From Octopus sinensis (lineage: Eukaryota): 64,000 nt of DNA. Below the pieces are notes generated by a model, which made no database searches, was not told the origin of the DNA, and saw only the letters and a list, made by a program, of their open reading frames with translations. Position 1 is the first letter of the stretch. Each line of letters begins with the position of its first letter. Location of the stretch: NCBI RefSeq assembly GCF_006345805.1, contig NC_043015.1, forward strand, positions 22,568,001-22,632,000, written 5' to 3'. Below, one piece after another: positions 13,794 through 26,972 of this stretch. The position numbers were made by a program, and so were the translations under genes.

Positions 13794-14150
13794 GGAGGCG
13801 CAATTGCCCAGTGGTTAGGGCAGCGGACTCGCGGTCGTAGGATCGCGGTTTCGATTCCCAGACCGGGCGTTGTGAGTGTTTATTGAGCGAAAACACCTAA
13901 AGCTCCACGAGGCTCCGGCAGGGATGGTGGTGAACCCTGCTGTACTCTTTCACCACAACTTTCTCTCACTCTTACTTCCTGTTTCTGTTGTACCTGTATT
14001 TCAAAGGGCCGGCCTTGTCACTCTCTGTGTCACACTGAATATTCCCGAGAACTACGTTAAGGATACACGTGTCTGTGGAGTGCTCAGCCACTTACACGTT
14101 AATTTCACGTACAGGCTGTTCCGTTGATCGGATCAACCGGAACCCTCGTC
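13794..14150 (+). mobile_element. tRNA-derived SINE, family C (full length)
   Basis: Head GGAGGCGCAATTGCCCAGTGGTTAGG..GGTTTCGATTCCC (A/B boxes); 3' end GGAACCCTCGTCGTCGTAACCGACGGAGTGC. Confidence 0.85.
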
Positions 14151-14189
14151 GTCGTAACCGACGGAGTGCTTCCAATAAGTATATATGTG

Positions 14190-14405
14190 TGTGTTTGTGT
14201 GACCGCGTGTGTACCGTTGGCGATTTTTTTCCCCCTCTGTCATCCTTTCTCTGGATCTTTCCTTCTCCTATGTTTCCGACGAAGAGCTCCGCTCGAAACA
14301 TTAAATCCTCCTTCTTTCCTTCTTTCCTGAGCGTCCAATAATACTATATTTGTTCCACGTCCTCGCGTTGTTGTGTTTTTTTTTTGTGCTTTCATGTTAA
14401 CTTTA
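14190..14405 (+). mobile_element. Second copy of the ~210-bp PLE-derived repeat (HHR-like motif 14272-14306)
   Basis: GTTT-CCGACGA-AGAGCTCCGCTC-GAAACAT-T-AAAT; colinear with 12107-12320. Confidence 0.6.
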
Positions 14406-14408
14406 GAT

Positions 14409-14440
<32 letters not shown>

Positions 14441-14476
14441 ATACAGGTAGATAGATGCACACACACATTCACACAT

Positions 14477-14850
14477 GCAGGAGTGGGTGTGTGGTAAATA
14501 GCTTGCTTACCAACACCATGTTTCCGCGTTCAGTCCGGCTTCGGCAAGTGTCTTCTACTATAGTATCGGTCTGACCAAAGCCTTCAGAGTGGATTTGGTC
14601 GATGGAAACCGAAAGACGTCCGTTGTATATACATATATAAATGTAAGTATATATGTGTGTGTACGTGTGTGTATGCGCATTTGGGTGTCTGTCTTTGTCC
14701 CCCACCATCGCTTGACAACCTTCAGGCAAAGGAGAGCGAGAGAATAAGTACTAGGCTTACAATGAATATGTCCTGGGGTCGATTTGTTCGACTGAACGTC
14801 GTGCTCCAGCATGGCCTCAATCAAATGACTGAAACAGATATAAAGATAGA
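14477..14850 (+). mobile_element. tRNA-derived SINE, family A
   Basis: GCAGGAGTGG..TGTGGTAA head, internal (AT)/(GT) tract, GGTGCTCCAGCATGGC..CAAATGACTGAAAC tail; same family as 29246. Confidence 0.85.
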
Positions 14851-15887
14851 GCACACACACACACACACACACGTAAAAAACATATATGATATAGTGTAAC
14901 TCCGTTGTCAGTCGTTCAGAGATGCGTAACAAGTATTTTTTTATTTCACTAGAATACTGAATGTTCTTACCACTGCTTAGCACGGTTATGTAGTGTTACA
15001 TCGATCTAAGAAGTTAGTTTATATAGTTGGTGGAGGACAGCTTTGGGAATGTAGCTGATGTATATGCGTGTGTGTACGCACATACATACACAAACAAACA
15101 CACGCCCCCCCCCACCACAAGTATATATATAACCGTCTGCATGTTATGTATGAATATAAATTTAATTCACTTCCCTGTTTATTTACCAACGCAAGTCTAC
15201 ATAATAAGGTATACACACACTGTTTAATGTATAATACGCAATGATATGAAAAATATGTTTGCAAATCAAAGGATTAACGTCGTTGTGAAATTCCGTAGAA
15301 CATCAATAGAATGTATTGAAAATAAAACATAATATAATATAATATCAGACACCCATCTCATATTTTTCAATATGAGACCCGAACCAGTGGCGCTTCACGG
15401 AGTACACAAATATCTTGGGTTTCATATTTCTGCAAATATTTAAATATTATAATATTACGAAATGAATATTCATTCTCTTGCCGCAATTCTTTATTGTTTA
15501 CTGCTCAGTTTCGTCTTCGCCATCAGAAATGTATTAAACGTAGTGTGCGTAATGTGTAGGACTGATGCAGAAGAGATGAGACGCATCAATAGCTTCATCT
15601 GTGAGGCATTTTATCTGTGTCTCTCTAAAGAATCTCTCAGTTTGCCACCTGAAGACACAGCGAATCTGAATAAATGGCTGGCAAACAAGTTGAACAAGGA
15701 AATATTGTCAATTATTAAAACCCACTCAGACTAGGGATCCGAAATTTTTTAGCTAATTTTATTGACATCGATAATTATAAATTTTTGAAAATTCTGATAT
15801 AAAAGGCAAAAGGAAAATAATCTGGAATTTTAATTAGTATTAACGTATAAATGGGAATTCACGTGTATATGTTTGTATGCATGTAGG

Positions 15888-15921
<34 letters not shown>

Positions 15922-16050
15922 TGTATGTAGGTAGGTAGGTATTAATTATGCGTATATGTATATAAGCATGTATAATGTATATATTTGTACGGCATACTTT
16001 GTACTTCTTTACGTATGTATATGTGCATGTATGCGTCTATGTATACATCC

Positions 16051-16169
<119 letters not shown>

Positions 16170-17629
16170 ATATATATATTTGTGTGTGTGTGTGTGTGTA
16201 TGTATTTATGTATGTATTATAAATTGTAAATCTCTGTTTTGGCAATACAAAAGATTTTTCATAAAGGGTGCGTCCAGTCAAAGAAGTTGCTAGTCATGTT
16301 ACATCCTAACATTTTGCTTACGATACAAATACTAAGAACGCTGTATATCCCTGAGCATTGCGACTGGTGCTGGAAATCTACCGACTTCAGAGTTATATAT
16401 CCATATCAACTATACTAATTAGTATATCATTTAGAAAAATTATGCATTTGTTTATTGTCTGTTGATAATTAGTTGAGTGGTGCTTTTCCTTTCTTTCTTT
16501 TTTTTTGTCACTCAATGAACAGTTTGAAGAAATGCGAATACTTTGGCTCGCTAAATAATCTCAGACGAAGATCTCGTGCACCGTTGTAAACCAGCTCATC
16601 CAAATTGTAGAACTTTTATGATTACATTTAGTTTAGACATTTATGCACCCTGATTAGGTCAAGCTGTGATTATGATATTTCAAAGTGTGGAAAGGACTCA
16701 ATCTATTATATCACCTTAATTCGTTAAATTGAAGTGTTATGGACGCTCGGCAATTGTACACTTTATCTCTTGCAAATGTTGGAACCTTTTGCTAATCATA
16801 GAAGATATTACTGGGTGCAATAGATAAAAAAAAAACTGCCATATTTCATACGGCAATTATGACGCTAATAAAGTTAGAATGAGAGTAATAGTAAGTATTT
16901 GTAGTAATGCTGTATCGAATTCTTCTGGTAGTTACCGCTGTGTATGGAATCTATTCACACTCTATTTGCTGAAGAAATGTAAACCAGTAAAATTTTGGTG
17001 CTTTTGGTTTTGTTTTGTTGCATCCCATATTGTCTGCGTGGTTGTCTACTGTGTCTCATAAAAATATGCCATGAATAATAGAAATCCATTTCGCTACGTT
17101 TTATTAAATATTGCAAGATTTTCATTCTGTATATGCCTTTCTCATTCAATGATATGGAAGACATTTATAGAACCTATACTGCATTCAAGTGATGGATTGT
17201 AGATGGTTGGGCGTGGAATTATGCTTCGAGCAAGAGTTATTAGTATATACCTTTAACGTCGAGTGCATTAATCCAGTCATCAACAATCGGGTCTTCCCAA
17301 TCACACTGATTCCCAGCCTCTTGATATTGCTGCAGCAACATAACAACCACTGCTTCGACCATGCACAAACCACGCATATCAAATGGGAGGATCCCACCTC
17401 TGGGAAGCGATCATAGCAACGGTCACGTCTTAGTTTTCTAAATTGTTTAGATGAACGTTGGTGAAAATTGCGAGAATATTGTTGATGATGGCTCCCACTA
17501 GAGAAGGAACTAGAGAAAGGGTTGTAATTGGGAACACAGACTGATAAATTATGATGTAAAAAAAATGAGAAAAAACGGCAAAAAGACAAGACAATAGTCT
17601 GAAATAACTTTTGATATATGGTCATTTAA

Positions 17630-17821
17630 ATATTCTGTTGTGTCTGGGGAGAGTCATTCTCTTTTTGTGCCTTATAATTTAACACACACACACCGGTAAA
17701 ATTTTCACTTATTTCTTTATATTTTTCTAAAATTTTCGTTGCGTCCTGCAACTTTTTCAATAGTTTTGACTCCCTAAAAGGCACCAAACGAGAATGACTC
17801 TCCCCAAACACAACTGAATAT
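17630..17821. mobile_element. MITE with 32-bp terminal inverted repeats
   Basis: ATATTCTGTTGTGTCTGGGGAGAGTCATTCTC (17630-17661) is the reverse complement of 17790-17821 with 2 mismatches. Confidence 0.7.
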
Positions 17822-19296
17822 GCTGCAACACACGAACTCACATAAAGAATCTTGCAAACCAAATCCAAAAGCGAAATCATTTGAATAGTTTTAAGTATTT
17901 ACTGACAGTATCTATAAAAATAGAAATATGAACATCAACTGAACTTAATGCATATACTAATCTCAGTAATATGAGAAGCGTCCACTATAGATCAGGAAGG
18001 TATTAATATGGTATTAATACTTCATTTACATTTATATTCCATTGACCTTATACGTGTGTTGATCACTTCATCTGAAATGTTTTTAAAGAATCATGGAAGT
18101 TGCTCATTTGCTTGGATTTAATTTGCTGAATACTTATCTCAAACATTTCCAATTTGTTTTCTATCGGATGTCAGACTTTTCATTTCAGATGATTTCAGAC
18201 GTTATCTTCTGATTTAAATTTCAGTATCATCACGACTGATTAGTTGTTTGTAGCTTCATATTCTCTCTAAAATATCTACACAAAAATACTGGCAGTGCAT
18301 ACATTCATATACGAGACGGAACCTTATTTCGTCGGTGTCTGAACAAAATATGAAATCGTCATCGATATACTTACATTCTAGAGAAATTTTTTTTATGCAC
18401 GGAATCGCACATACATTGAAATACTAAGAGAATGGAACGAATAACATGTCAGCTAAATCGGCCCCAAAATCTACATCGACATCAATTTGATAGCATCTTG
18501 GACAAATGATTGTGGACCTTCAGGGATCCTTTCTTTTTTCTTTTGCAGAGAAATACGCTTTTCTCTTTGTAAAACACATCCCACAATCCCATCTTCTTAA
18601 ATCAAATAAACAACACATTTACATGTGGGACAAACTTTCATATTCCAGTATCTATCGGTTATAAATAAAGGGTGTACGTATCGGCAGCTGCTTTGTATGT
18701 AGATGGTAAGAATAAGCTCCAGTATCAGCGAAAATGTACACATTATAGTAAGCAGCAATGATTGAAATACCAACATTAGCAGAATTGATTCGAAAGTTTA
18801 ATTCCATTTTGTTCTATGAAACGATGCTCTATTTGAAAGTGTCTCTGATCACACAGTTTTTCGTTAACCCATCACTAGTGATTTTAGAGCAATATAATGA
18901 AATAGTTATTAATGGTTTATCTCACTTAGACTGAGAAAAAAAAATCAAATATCAATATTATTATAGTTTTGACTTCAATATTCGTAAATTAAACAACATG
19001 TTTTTGTGATTTTATTAATATTGTTTATAATTCTATTATGGTAATTAAAATTTTCGTATTTATACTTAGAGCATTTAAAAGAGTAACGCACTCTCTTTTT
19101 CATCACACATAGTTTGAATCGTGAGTTATTAAATAAACAGAAATAATTAAAATTTAATCATTATTATGTACTTGTCATTAAAATAAGTGCTTGTATAATG
19201 TGAGTGCCCGAGTTAGGTGCATATATATATTTGTCTGTATGTGTATGTATGTACTCACCCCCCACCCACACCCATATATATATATATATATATACA

Positions 19297-19371
19297 TATA
19301 GCCGTATCAACCTATATATTTAGCTATTTGTCTCTCTTTCTCACTTTCTCCACCTCTATCTTCTCCTATCC

Positions 19372-19443
<72 letters not shown>

Positions 19444-19527
19444 ATATAACATATAGCCGTATCAACCTATATATTTAGCTATTTGTCTCTCTTTCTCACT
19501 TTCTCCACCTCTATCTTCTCCCTATCC

Positions 19528-19600
<73 letters not shown>
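19297..19600. repeat. ~155-bp tandem duplication ending in (CT)n(AT)n
   Basis: GCCGTATCAACCTATATATTTAGCTATTTG at 19301 and 19456. Confidence 0.9.
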
Positions 19601-19619
<19 letters not shown>

Positions 19620-20251
19620 TGTAATATATCTGTAATATAGGTATATGTGTACAGATACGCACTCACGTACACACAGGCACTTTCACTCAAACGCAGATAT
19701 TCATACAAATGTGCATAACCTATATATAAACATATTTACATTGTATTTGTTTTTCATTATTAATCAATATTCGCAATCAAATTTAATAGACGTTGTGGAA
19801 ATTGTATAGGAAAAAACTATTTCAATTCATTGTTAGGATTTATTAAATTTCGTACAATTAGGAATTGATATGAATGAATTCGGATTGATATTTGTAAAGG
19901 ATTGTATTGAACGTACATGGGAATTACGACGTACTAAAGACTTAAGCATTCGGCTGTGATACGTTCATAGATTTTTAGTTTCTTCTATTGCTAATCAAAT
20001 TAACATTTTAATTCTATACACATTGTAATTTTTCTGAACGGTTACAAATTAATAATCGGAAAATTAAAAACAAACATTACATATACACATACACATGCAC
20101 GAATGCGTCGGTATATATATCTCTGTGTGTGTGTGTATATATGTCTGTATGTATGTATATATATATATGCGTACAATTAAGCCTCTCTCTCTCTATATAT
20201 ATATATCTATCTATCGCACCTCTCTGTCTCTCTCTCTCTTATATATATATA

Positions 20252-20295
<44 letters not shown>

Positions 20296-20920
20296 TGTAA
20301 TATATCTGTAATATAGGTATATGTGTACAGATACGCACTCACGTACACACAGGCACTTTCACTCAAACGCAGATATTCATACAATGTGCATAACCTATAT
20401 ATAAACATATTTACATTGTATTTGTTTTTCATTATTAATCAATATTCGCAATCAAATTTAATAGACGTTGTGGAAATTGTATAGGAAAAAACTATTTCAA
20501 TTCATTGTTAGGATTTATTAAATTTCGTACAATTAGGAATTGATATGAATGAATTCGGATTGATATTTGTAAAGGATTGTATTGAACGTACATGGGAATT
20601 ACGACGTACTAAAGACTTAAGCATTCGGCTGTGATACGTTCATAGATTTTTAGTTTCTTCTATTGCTAATCAAATTAACATTTTAATTCTATACACATTG
20701 TAATTTTTCTGAACGGTTACAAATTAATAATCGGAAAATTAAAAACAAACATTACATATACACATACACATGCACGAATGCGTCGGTATATATATCTCTG
20801 TGTGTGTGTGTATATATGTCTGTATGTATGTATATATATATATGCGTACAATTAAGCCTCTCTCTCTCTATATATATATATCTATCTATCGCACCTCTCT
20901 GTCTCTCTCTCTCTTTATAT
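19563..20920. repeat. Near-identical ~676-bp tandem duplication
   Basis: GTAATATATCTGTAATATAGG at 19621 and 20297; ATGCACGAATGCGTCGG at 20095 and 20770; units bounded by (CT)n(AT)n. Confidence 0.9.
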
Positions 20921-22322
20921 ATATATATATATATATACACTCACAAATACCTACGCATAAATACACATTCATACATACATATTTATGTATGTATGTACGT
21001 ATGTATGTGTGTATGTATGTGTATACTTATATATAATGAGACTAGGTAGAGGCAAAGATAACTAGATCAGTGAACAGACACATAGATATTCACTATCGAA
21101 TATAACTATGTATTTACAAACACGTTCGCGGTTGAGCCTGCACAAACACACACACACACATACACACACATACACACACACTCACACACAGAGAGTCACA
21201 CTCACACATATACACACAAACATATTTATACATTCATATATATATATACGTATATATATATGTATATTCATATTTACACGTGGGCATGTGTCTGCATATA
21301 TATATATAAACATAGATATGTGTGTGTGGTGTGAATGTGTATCCACTTTATCTATGTTTTATCTTTTGTATGTCATGTAACGTATGTCGGCTAAGAGAAG
21401 CACTAAGTGCGTTTTAATCAGAGATTAATATACATTAGTCACCTTGCTTTTCGTGACAGCATTAGTTATATTGTAATATAATGTTTATAATATATACTTA
21501 TAGACTTTCTCATATCATCTATCAATAGAGACGTCTTTTAATTTGCCGAAAATTTCAGCATCAAAAGCCATCCATAGAATTGCGTAAAATTGGAATGGCG
21601 CACATATATAACTCATCAGATGACGTTGATAAACGTATCTTGTTATTAATATAACTCACTTTTAATCACAGTATAGCAGTTTTGCAGAAATAATTGATAA
21701 GTACTTTTGGAAATTGGTCTATTTGTCGGAATCGAATGCAATCAACTATCTTTGTATATTTCTCTAGTAATTGTTTATATATGAATTCGTTGTACACCTC
21801 TTACGTCTAGTTATCAAAAGAACATTGGAAGAATTATGGTTACATGCACACACAGACACGCATTTTTATACACATACAAACGCATTTTCTCTGTTTGTCC
21901 GGCTGTCTGTCTGTTTCTCTTTCTCACACACACACAAAGATATATATAAATATTTTCATACATGTACAATACAGGTTTATATGGTGTGTGTAATTAGCAC
22001 ACTCTTGAACACATACTCACACACTGACACACACACATATCATTAGATACGACTGAGGGTGTTAGAATACATATACTGCTAGAAATGGCTGCTGGAGTGT
22101 TCTGATGATGTTGTCGACGCATATTTTATTTCTCTGGTTAAACTCTTTTAATTAGCTGCTTCATTTGTTTATATATACATTGGTGTTTATGTGTGTGTAC
22201 GTTCGTGTGTTTGTATATATGGATATATATATCACACACACGCACACACACATATATATATAGACACACACACACCTAAACATAAAGGCACATCTATATG
22301 TATATACGTAAAAAGCTAATGG

Positions 22323-22362
<40 letters not shown>

Positions 22363-22363
22363 G

Positions 22364-22408
<45 letters not shown>

Positions 22409-22432
22409 TTAATAATAATAATAATAATAATA

Positions 22433-22767
22433 AGTGGGGGAGCATGATGGCCATGTGTTGAGAGGGATTCTTTGGAGTTTGAATGGTTCACCTCTGGAAA
22501 CATGGGTGGTTCTTTCAACATCCTTAAACAACCCTTATTTAGGGACCTTTTGAGCAGGATGGGCTACTCAACCTGAAGAAACTTCTAACTGGGCCCCACC
22601 TGCAAGGTCATGGGCTGTTTATCTTGATATGAGATCACCATGTCGCGCACATTTGGTTGTGATGCATGTGCCTGGTGTACCTTTATCAGACGGGTAGTCA
22701 TGATGGGTATACTGGGCTTCGTATATTTTACCCCAGTGTCACTTTGATGGCATGAACTGCTCTCTCA

Positions 22768-22770
<3 letters not shown>
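22433..22770 (+). mobile_element. Non-coding element embedded in an (AAT)n array; probable Dong-type 3' UTR or Dong-mobilised SINE
   Basis: Flanked by (AAT)n on both sides. Ends CTCACTG-AATAATAAT, like the Dong 3' ends here (ACTACTG-AATGATAAT). A 3'-tip copy lies at 44533-44591 (-). Confidence 0.55.
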
Positions 22771-22798
<28 letters not shown>

Positions 22799-23299
22799 TA
22801 TTTTAAAAAGGATTGACGAAACTCTTTACAAAGGTAAACAGCCAAGAGGAATAGCGCGATTTGATTGTAATAAATATTTTATTAGTTGAACGATATTTCA
22901 ACAGTACGTCTGCCTTTGTCAAGTTGAAAATAAGAAGTGGTAAAAATTCAAAATTACAGAAATTTAAACGTAAAGTATGAACGAGAGCAACCAGCCTCCA
23001 CAAGTTGATGGAATGACATCATCAGTTTTTAAGTTACAATTTTATAACAGGCGAAAAGAAAAAGACAGAAAAAAAAGAAAAGAAAAAGAGAAAAAAGATG
23101 AATATTTAATCAAACAGTTTTGTATAAATTTGATGATATTCTCCTGTATTCTTATTCATTCTTCTAAGGCGTGATGTTAATAACATATTTCTCCTCTTAC
23201 ATTCTGAGAAGTGAAAGTGGAGCAGATTCAGAATATTTTCTGAGAATATGCACTTTCAAGTTTTCTTCAAAATTGCAGCCACTTGAAAAGAAATGGAAT

Positions 23300-23770
23300 A
23301 ATGATAAAGTTAAGGGACGAAAAGGGGAAGGCAAATTGCTCTCGGACATGGGCTTCCAGAGAGACAAGGTGTTAGTGCGCTCGTAGGAGGGACAAACAAG
23401 AGTGTCTAATAATTGTCACGACAGTGCCAGGAGATCTAAATATCAGGAACGAAAGATTGATAAGTATGGAGACCTGAGAATTGAGATTGCCAAGATGTGG
23501 CTGTTACGAAGCCCAAACAAAGGTTGTCCCTATTGTGATCGGAGCTTTGGGTTCAATACTACCCAATCGGAAAAACTCATCGGAAATGTTTAGAAATACC
23601 CTACAATCTAGCTGTATTGCAAAAGTTGGCATTACTTGGATCTGTGCGCACATTGTATAAAGTACTGTCGGTCTGAGGTCCTTGTTGTGAAACCCACGGT
23701 AGACACAACATCTTCAATCAACAACCTCACGATATGGAATACTGTACCACGTCGTAAATAAGAACAACAA
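23300..23770 (+). mobile_element. R4/Dong LINE 3' fragment (RLE domain), degraded
   Basis: GKLLSDMGFQRDKVL ... RKIDKYGDLRIEIAKMW ... VVPIVIGALG ... LQKLALLGSVRTLYKVLSV-stop, then an (AAC)/(AAT) tail. Confidence 0.8.
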
Positions 23771-23792
23771 CAACAATAATAATATATGTATA

Positions 23793-23981
23793 TAGTAATC
23801 CCTCGCCATATCGCTGTTCACCTATAGCGCACTCAGCATACCATATATGTAAACTAATATCGCGGATTCTCAGTACAACGCGGTCTTCTACGGCCAATAG
23901 GCATTTATATTTTCTTTAGCTTTTAATTATTTCTATGGGAGGTTTTGGAACGTAACCCCCGCAATAGTCGAGGGATTACTG
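23793..23981. mobile_element. pogo/Tigger-like MITE
   Basis: TA|TAGTAATCCCTCGCCATATCGC at the left end and GCAATAGTCGAGGGATTACTG at the right end form CAGTAATCCCTCG-type TIRs. Confidence 0.65.
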
Positions 23982-24425
23982 TTTATAGTAAGTAGACCAA
24001 TAAACATACGCACAAAATACATGAATTCATGGAAATTAATGCGGTTTGGCTTTATATGTAATCACCCACGCACATAGAAATTTACACACACACACATATA
24101 TAAGTATAGTGATATATAAGTGCATGTAAAAACATGCGTGTGAATACGTCTGATCTTGCATCGATTATTAAAATACCTACAGCCACATCTGCTTTCATTC
24201 GTAAGTGAAACGGTAACATCACACATCGCATAATTTAACTTCAGGCGATCGTATTGTATATCAAATACGAAGAAAGCTTTATGATTATTTATAAGTACTG
24301 AACATAAGTTCACGTCTGAACAATTTATGAAGAGGAGATATAATCTCTACGTATATATATATGAAAATCCTTACAATACCTATATACATATATACATACA
24401 CACATGCATACATATATGTATTAAC

Positions 24426-24467
<42 letters not shown>

Positions 24468-24550
24468 CAATATTCTCACGGAATTTCTATGCAAATATTC
24501 ATAGGTAATAAAAGAATAAATTGTTGACTAATTACTGAGTTGTAACACGT

Positions 24551-24916
24551 GGCACTCCGTCGGTTACGACGACGTGGGTTCCATTTCATCCGATCAATGG
24601 AACAGCCTACTCGGGAAGATGGCGTACTAAAGGCGGTCCACAGACACTTGTACCGTTACTATAATTCTAAGGAAGATTCAACGTGATATACAGTGTGACA
24701 AGGCTGACCCTTTGAAATACAGGTACAAGAGAAACAGGAAGAAAGAGTGAGAAAAAATTGTGACGAAAGAGTACACCAGATTTTGCCACCACCACCTGCC
24801 TGAGCCGTGCGGAGATTTCGGTGCTTTCGCTCAGTAAACACTCACAACGCCTGGTCTGGGAATCGAAACCGCAATCCTACGACCGCGAGTCCGCTGCTCT
24901 AACTACTGGGCAATTG
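24551..24916 (-). mobile_element. tRNA-SINE family C with internal deletion
   Basis: Reverse complement of 13794-14150 at both ends. Confidence 0.85.
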
Positions 24917-25018
24917 TAAATATATATAGTTAATAAAAGAATAATTTGTTGGCTAATTATTGTGCAGTAATACCCAACCGTGTACCATTATGTTCGTAGA
25001 CTTCCATATCTATTCTCA

Positions 25019-25249
25019 GGCGGCGAGCAGGCAGAAACGTTAGCACGCCGGGCGAAATGCGTAGCCGTATTTCGTCTGCCGTTACGTTCTGAGTTCAAAT
25101 TACGCCGAGATCGACTTTGCCTTTCATCTTTTCAGGGTCGATAAATTAAGTACCAGTTACGCACTGTGGTCGATATAATCGACTTAATCCGTGTGTCTGT
25201 CCTTGTTTCTCCCCTCTGTGTTTAGCCCCTTGTGGATAATAAAGAAATA
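25019..25249 (+). mobile_element. tRNA-derived SINE, family B
   Basis: GGCGGCGAGCAGGCAGAAACGTTAG..GAGTTCAAATT head; TAAAGAAATA tail; a degenerate partial copy follows at ~25255-25400. Confidence 0.85.
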
Positions 25250-25611
25250 TATATTTCGCCTCTCTTTATGTTCTAATTTCAAATTCCGCTGAGGTCGACT
25301 TTGCCTTTCGGGGTCGATAAATTAAGAAGTTCCGTACCGGGATCGACTTAATAGGTAGCCACTACACAAATTTTTCTCTCCTTGTTTCTTTCTGTGTTGC
25401 TTTCTGTGGGAGAGCATAGAGTCTAAACGTTAAAGACTTTTTCACTTCCCGAGCGTTATACTAATACATCTGCTTGTTTTCTACACAACCTATCTTCGTC
25501 TTTTTTTTTTTTTTCGTGAATTCTCTTTATATATATGTGTATGGCACAGGAGTGAAGAAGCCTGTCAAGAAGTCAGTCGTATATGTGTGTATATATGTGT
25601 GCATATATTTA

Positions 25612-25800
25612 TGTGTGCGTATGTTTTTCCCCACCATCACTTGGCAGCCGATGTTGGTGCGTTTACGTTACCGTAGCACAGCGGTTCGACCAAAGCGCCC
25701 AAAAGAATAAGTATTATGCTCACAAAGGTAAGTCCTGGGGCCGATTTGTTCGATCGACTAACGGAGGTGTCCCAGCATGGCTGGAACAAATAAAAGAATA
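25612..25800 (+). mobile_element. SINE family A, 3' half (degenerate)
   Basis: CCGATGTTGGTGCGTTTACG..GCGGTTCG..AGAATAAGTA..CCAGCATGGC. Confidence 0.65.
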
Positions 25801-25836
<36 letters not shown>

Positions 25837-26907
25837 TTATTTATTTATCAATATTTGCAATAAAAGCAATTTTACATCAATCTGAAGTGTTAATCGATAT
25901 TTTATAGAGTACAAAAATAATATTCTCAAACACAAATTAATAACTTCAAAGTTTTAGCCAGGTAAGCCATCGTCCAACTTATATTCAACTCTGTGTGTAC
26001 GTATGTGCCTGATTGCGTGCGCGCGCGTTTGTTGCGTGTGCAAGTATCAGCGGAATATTGCTGTCATATCGATAGACACCCCATATCACTATTGTCTGAA
26101 CGTTTCCTCCTGGTTTAATGATTTCTATTGCTTCTTAACTAAGAATCTCACACGAACTCGATTGTCTCATCGTTTCCCCCTATCGGCATAGTATTTCTTT
26201 AAAGGTGACTTTATCTTATAAGCACCGACTTAAAATTATCACATAAGATGAGAAAGCAATTTCAATGAAGTTGCAATAGAGGTGTGGAATCATCTTGCCA
26301 TTGTGAAAGACGAGAGTGTGTCATTTTCGAAGATTCTAGCACAGGATAAACGACAGATTAAATACGCAAAACTATTTAGCTTCATAATCAGTAATTTCTT
26401 CGAGTAACATGTCAACCATTTGTCTAGTATATGCAATATTACCGAAGTTATAACTGCATGTCGCAGTGATAGACACATGTGTAATGATACATGAAACAAA
26501 TGCGACAGACTAGGGTTGAGTAATATGAAATAAATTTGCTGCGATTTAGATTTCCTGGTTCAGCAAGTTTCATATAAATCCTGTCGTTATCCTACATTAA
26601 ATACAGATAAGACTATACTAGAAATACGAATGGTTGACAGACGAAGATGAAACAGATATCATGTTACCGGCATGTTACATTCGTTTGGAAGCAGATTTTG
26701 CGAGCTGTTCCGGACTGGAAAATATGAAAAGATAATTGAGATATATGGATACCATATAAGTATGAAGAATATAGAGTTTGATAGATCGATTCGTCATCTG
26801 CCTATATATACATATATACGTGTAGGTTTCTGTATATATTATAATTGCTGGTACTGTCAAAAATGTGTAAGTACATTGTAAATGCGTATGTGTGTATGTA
26901 TATATAC

Positions 26908-26957
<50 letters not shown>

Positions 26958-26972
26958 TATATATATATATAT

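Noticed and set aside
17626-17880. ORF with VPFRESKLLKKLQD resembling the kinesin motif HVPFRESKLTRLLQD
   Set aside because: It lies inside a MITE, the surrounding residues are not kinesin-like, and there is no exon support.
26050-26230. Possible Tc1 relic on minus (KVTF.E, DNRVRV, VIWG)
   Set aside because: Only scattered 3-4 residue matches and no TIR found.
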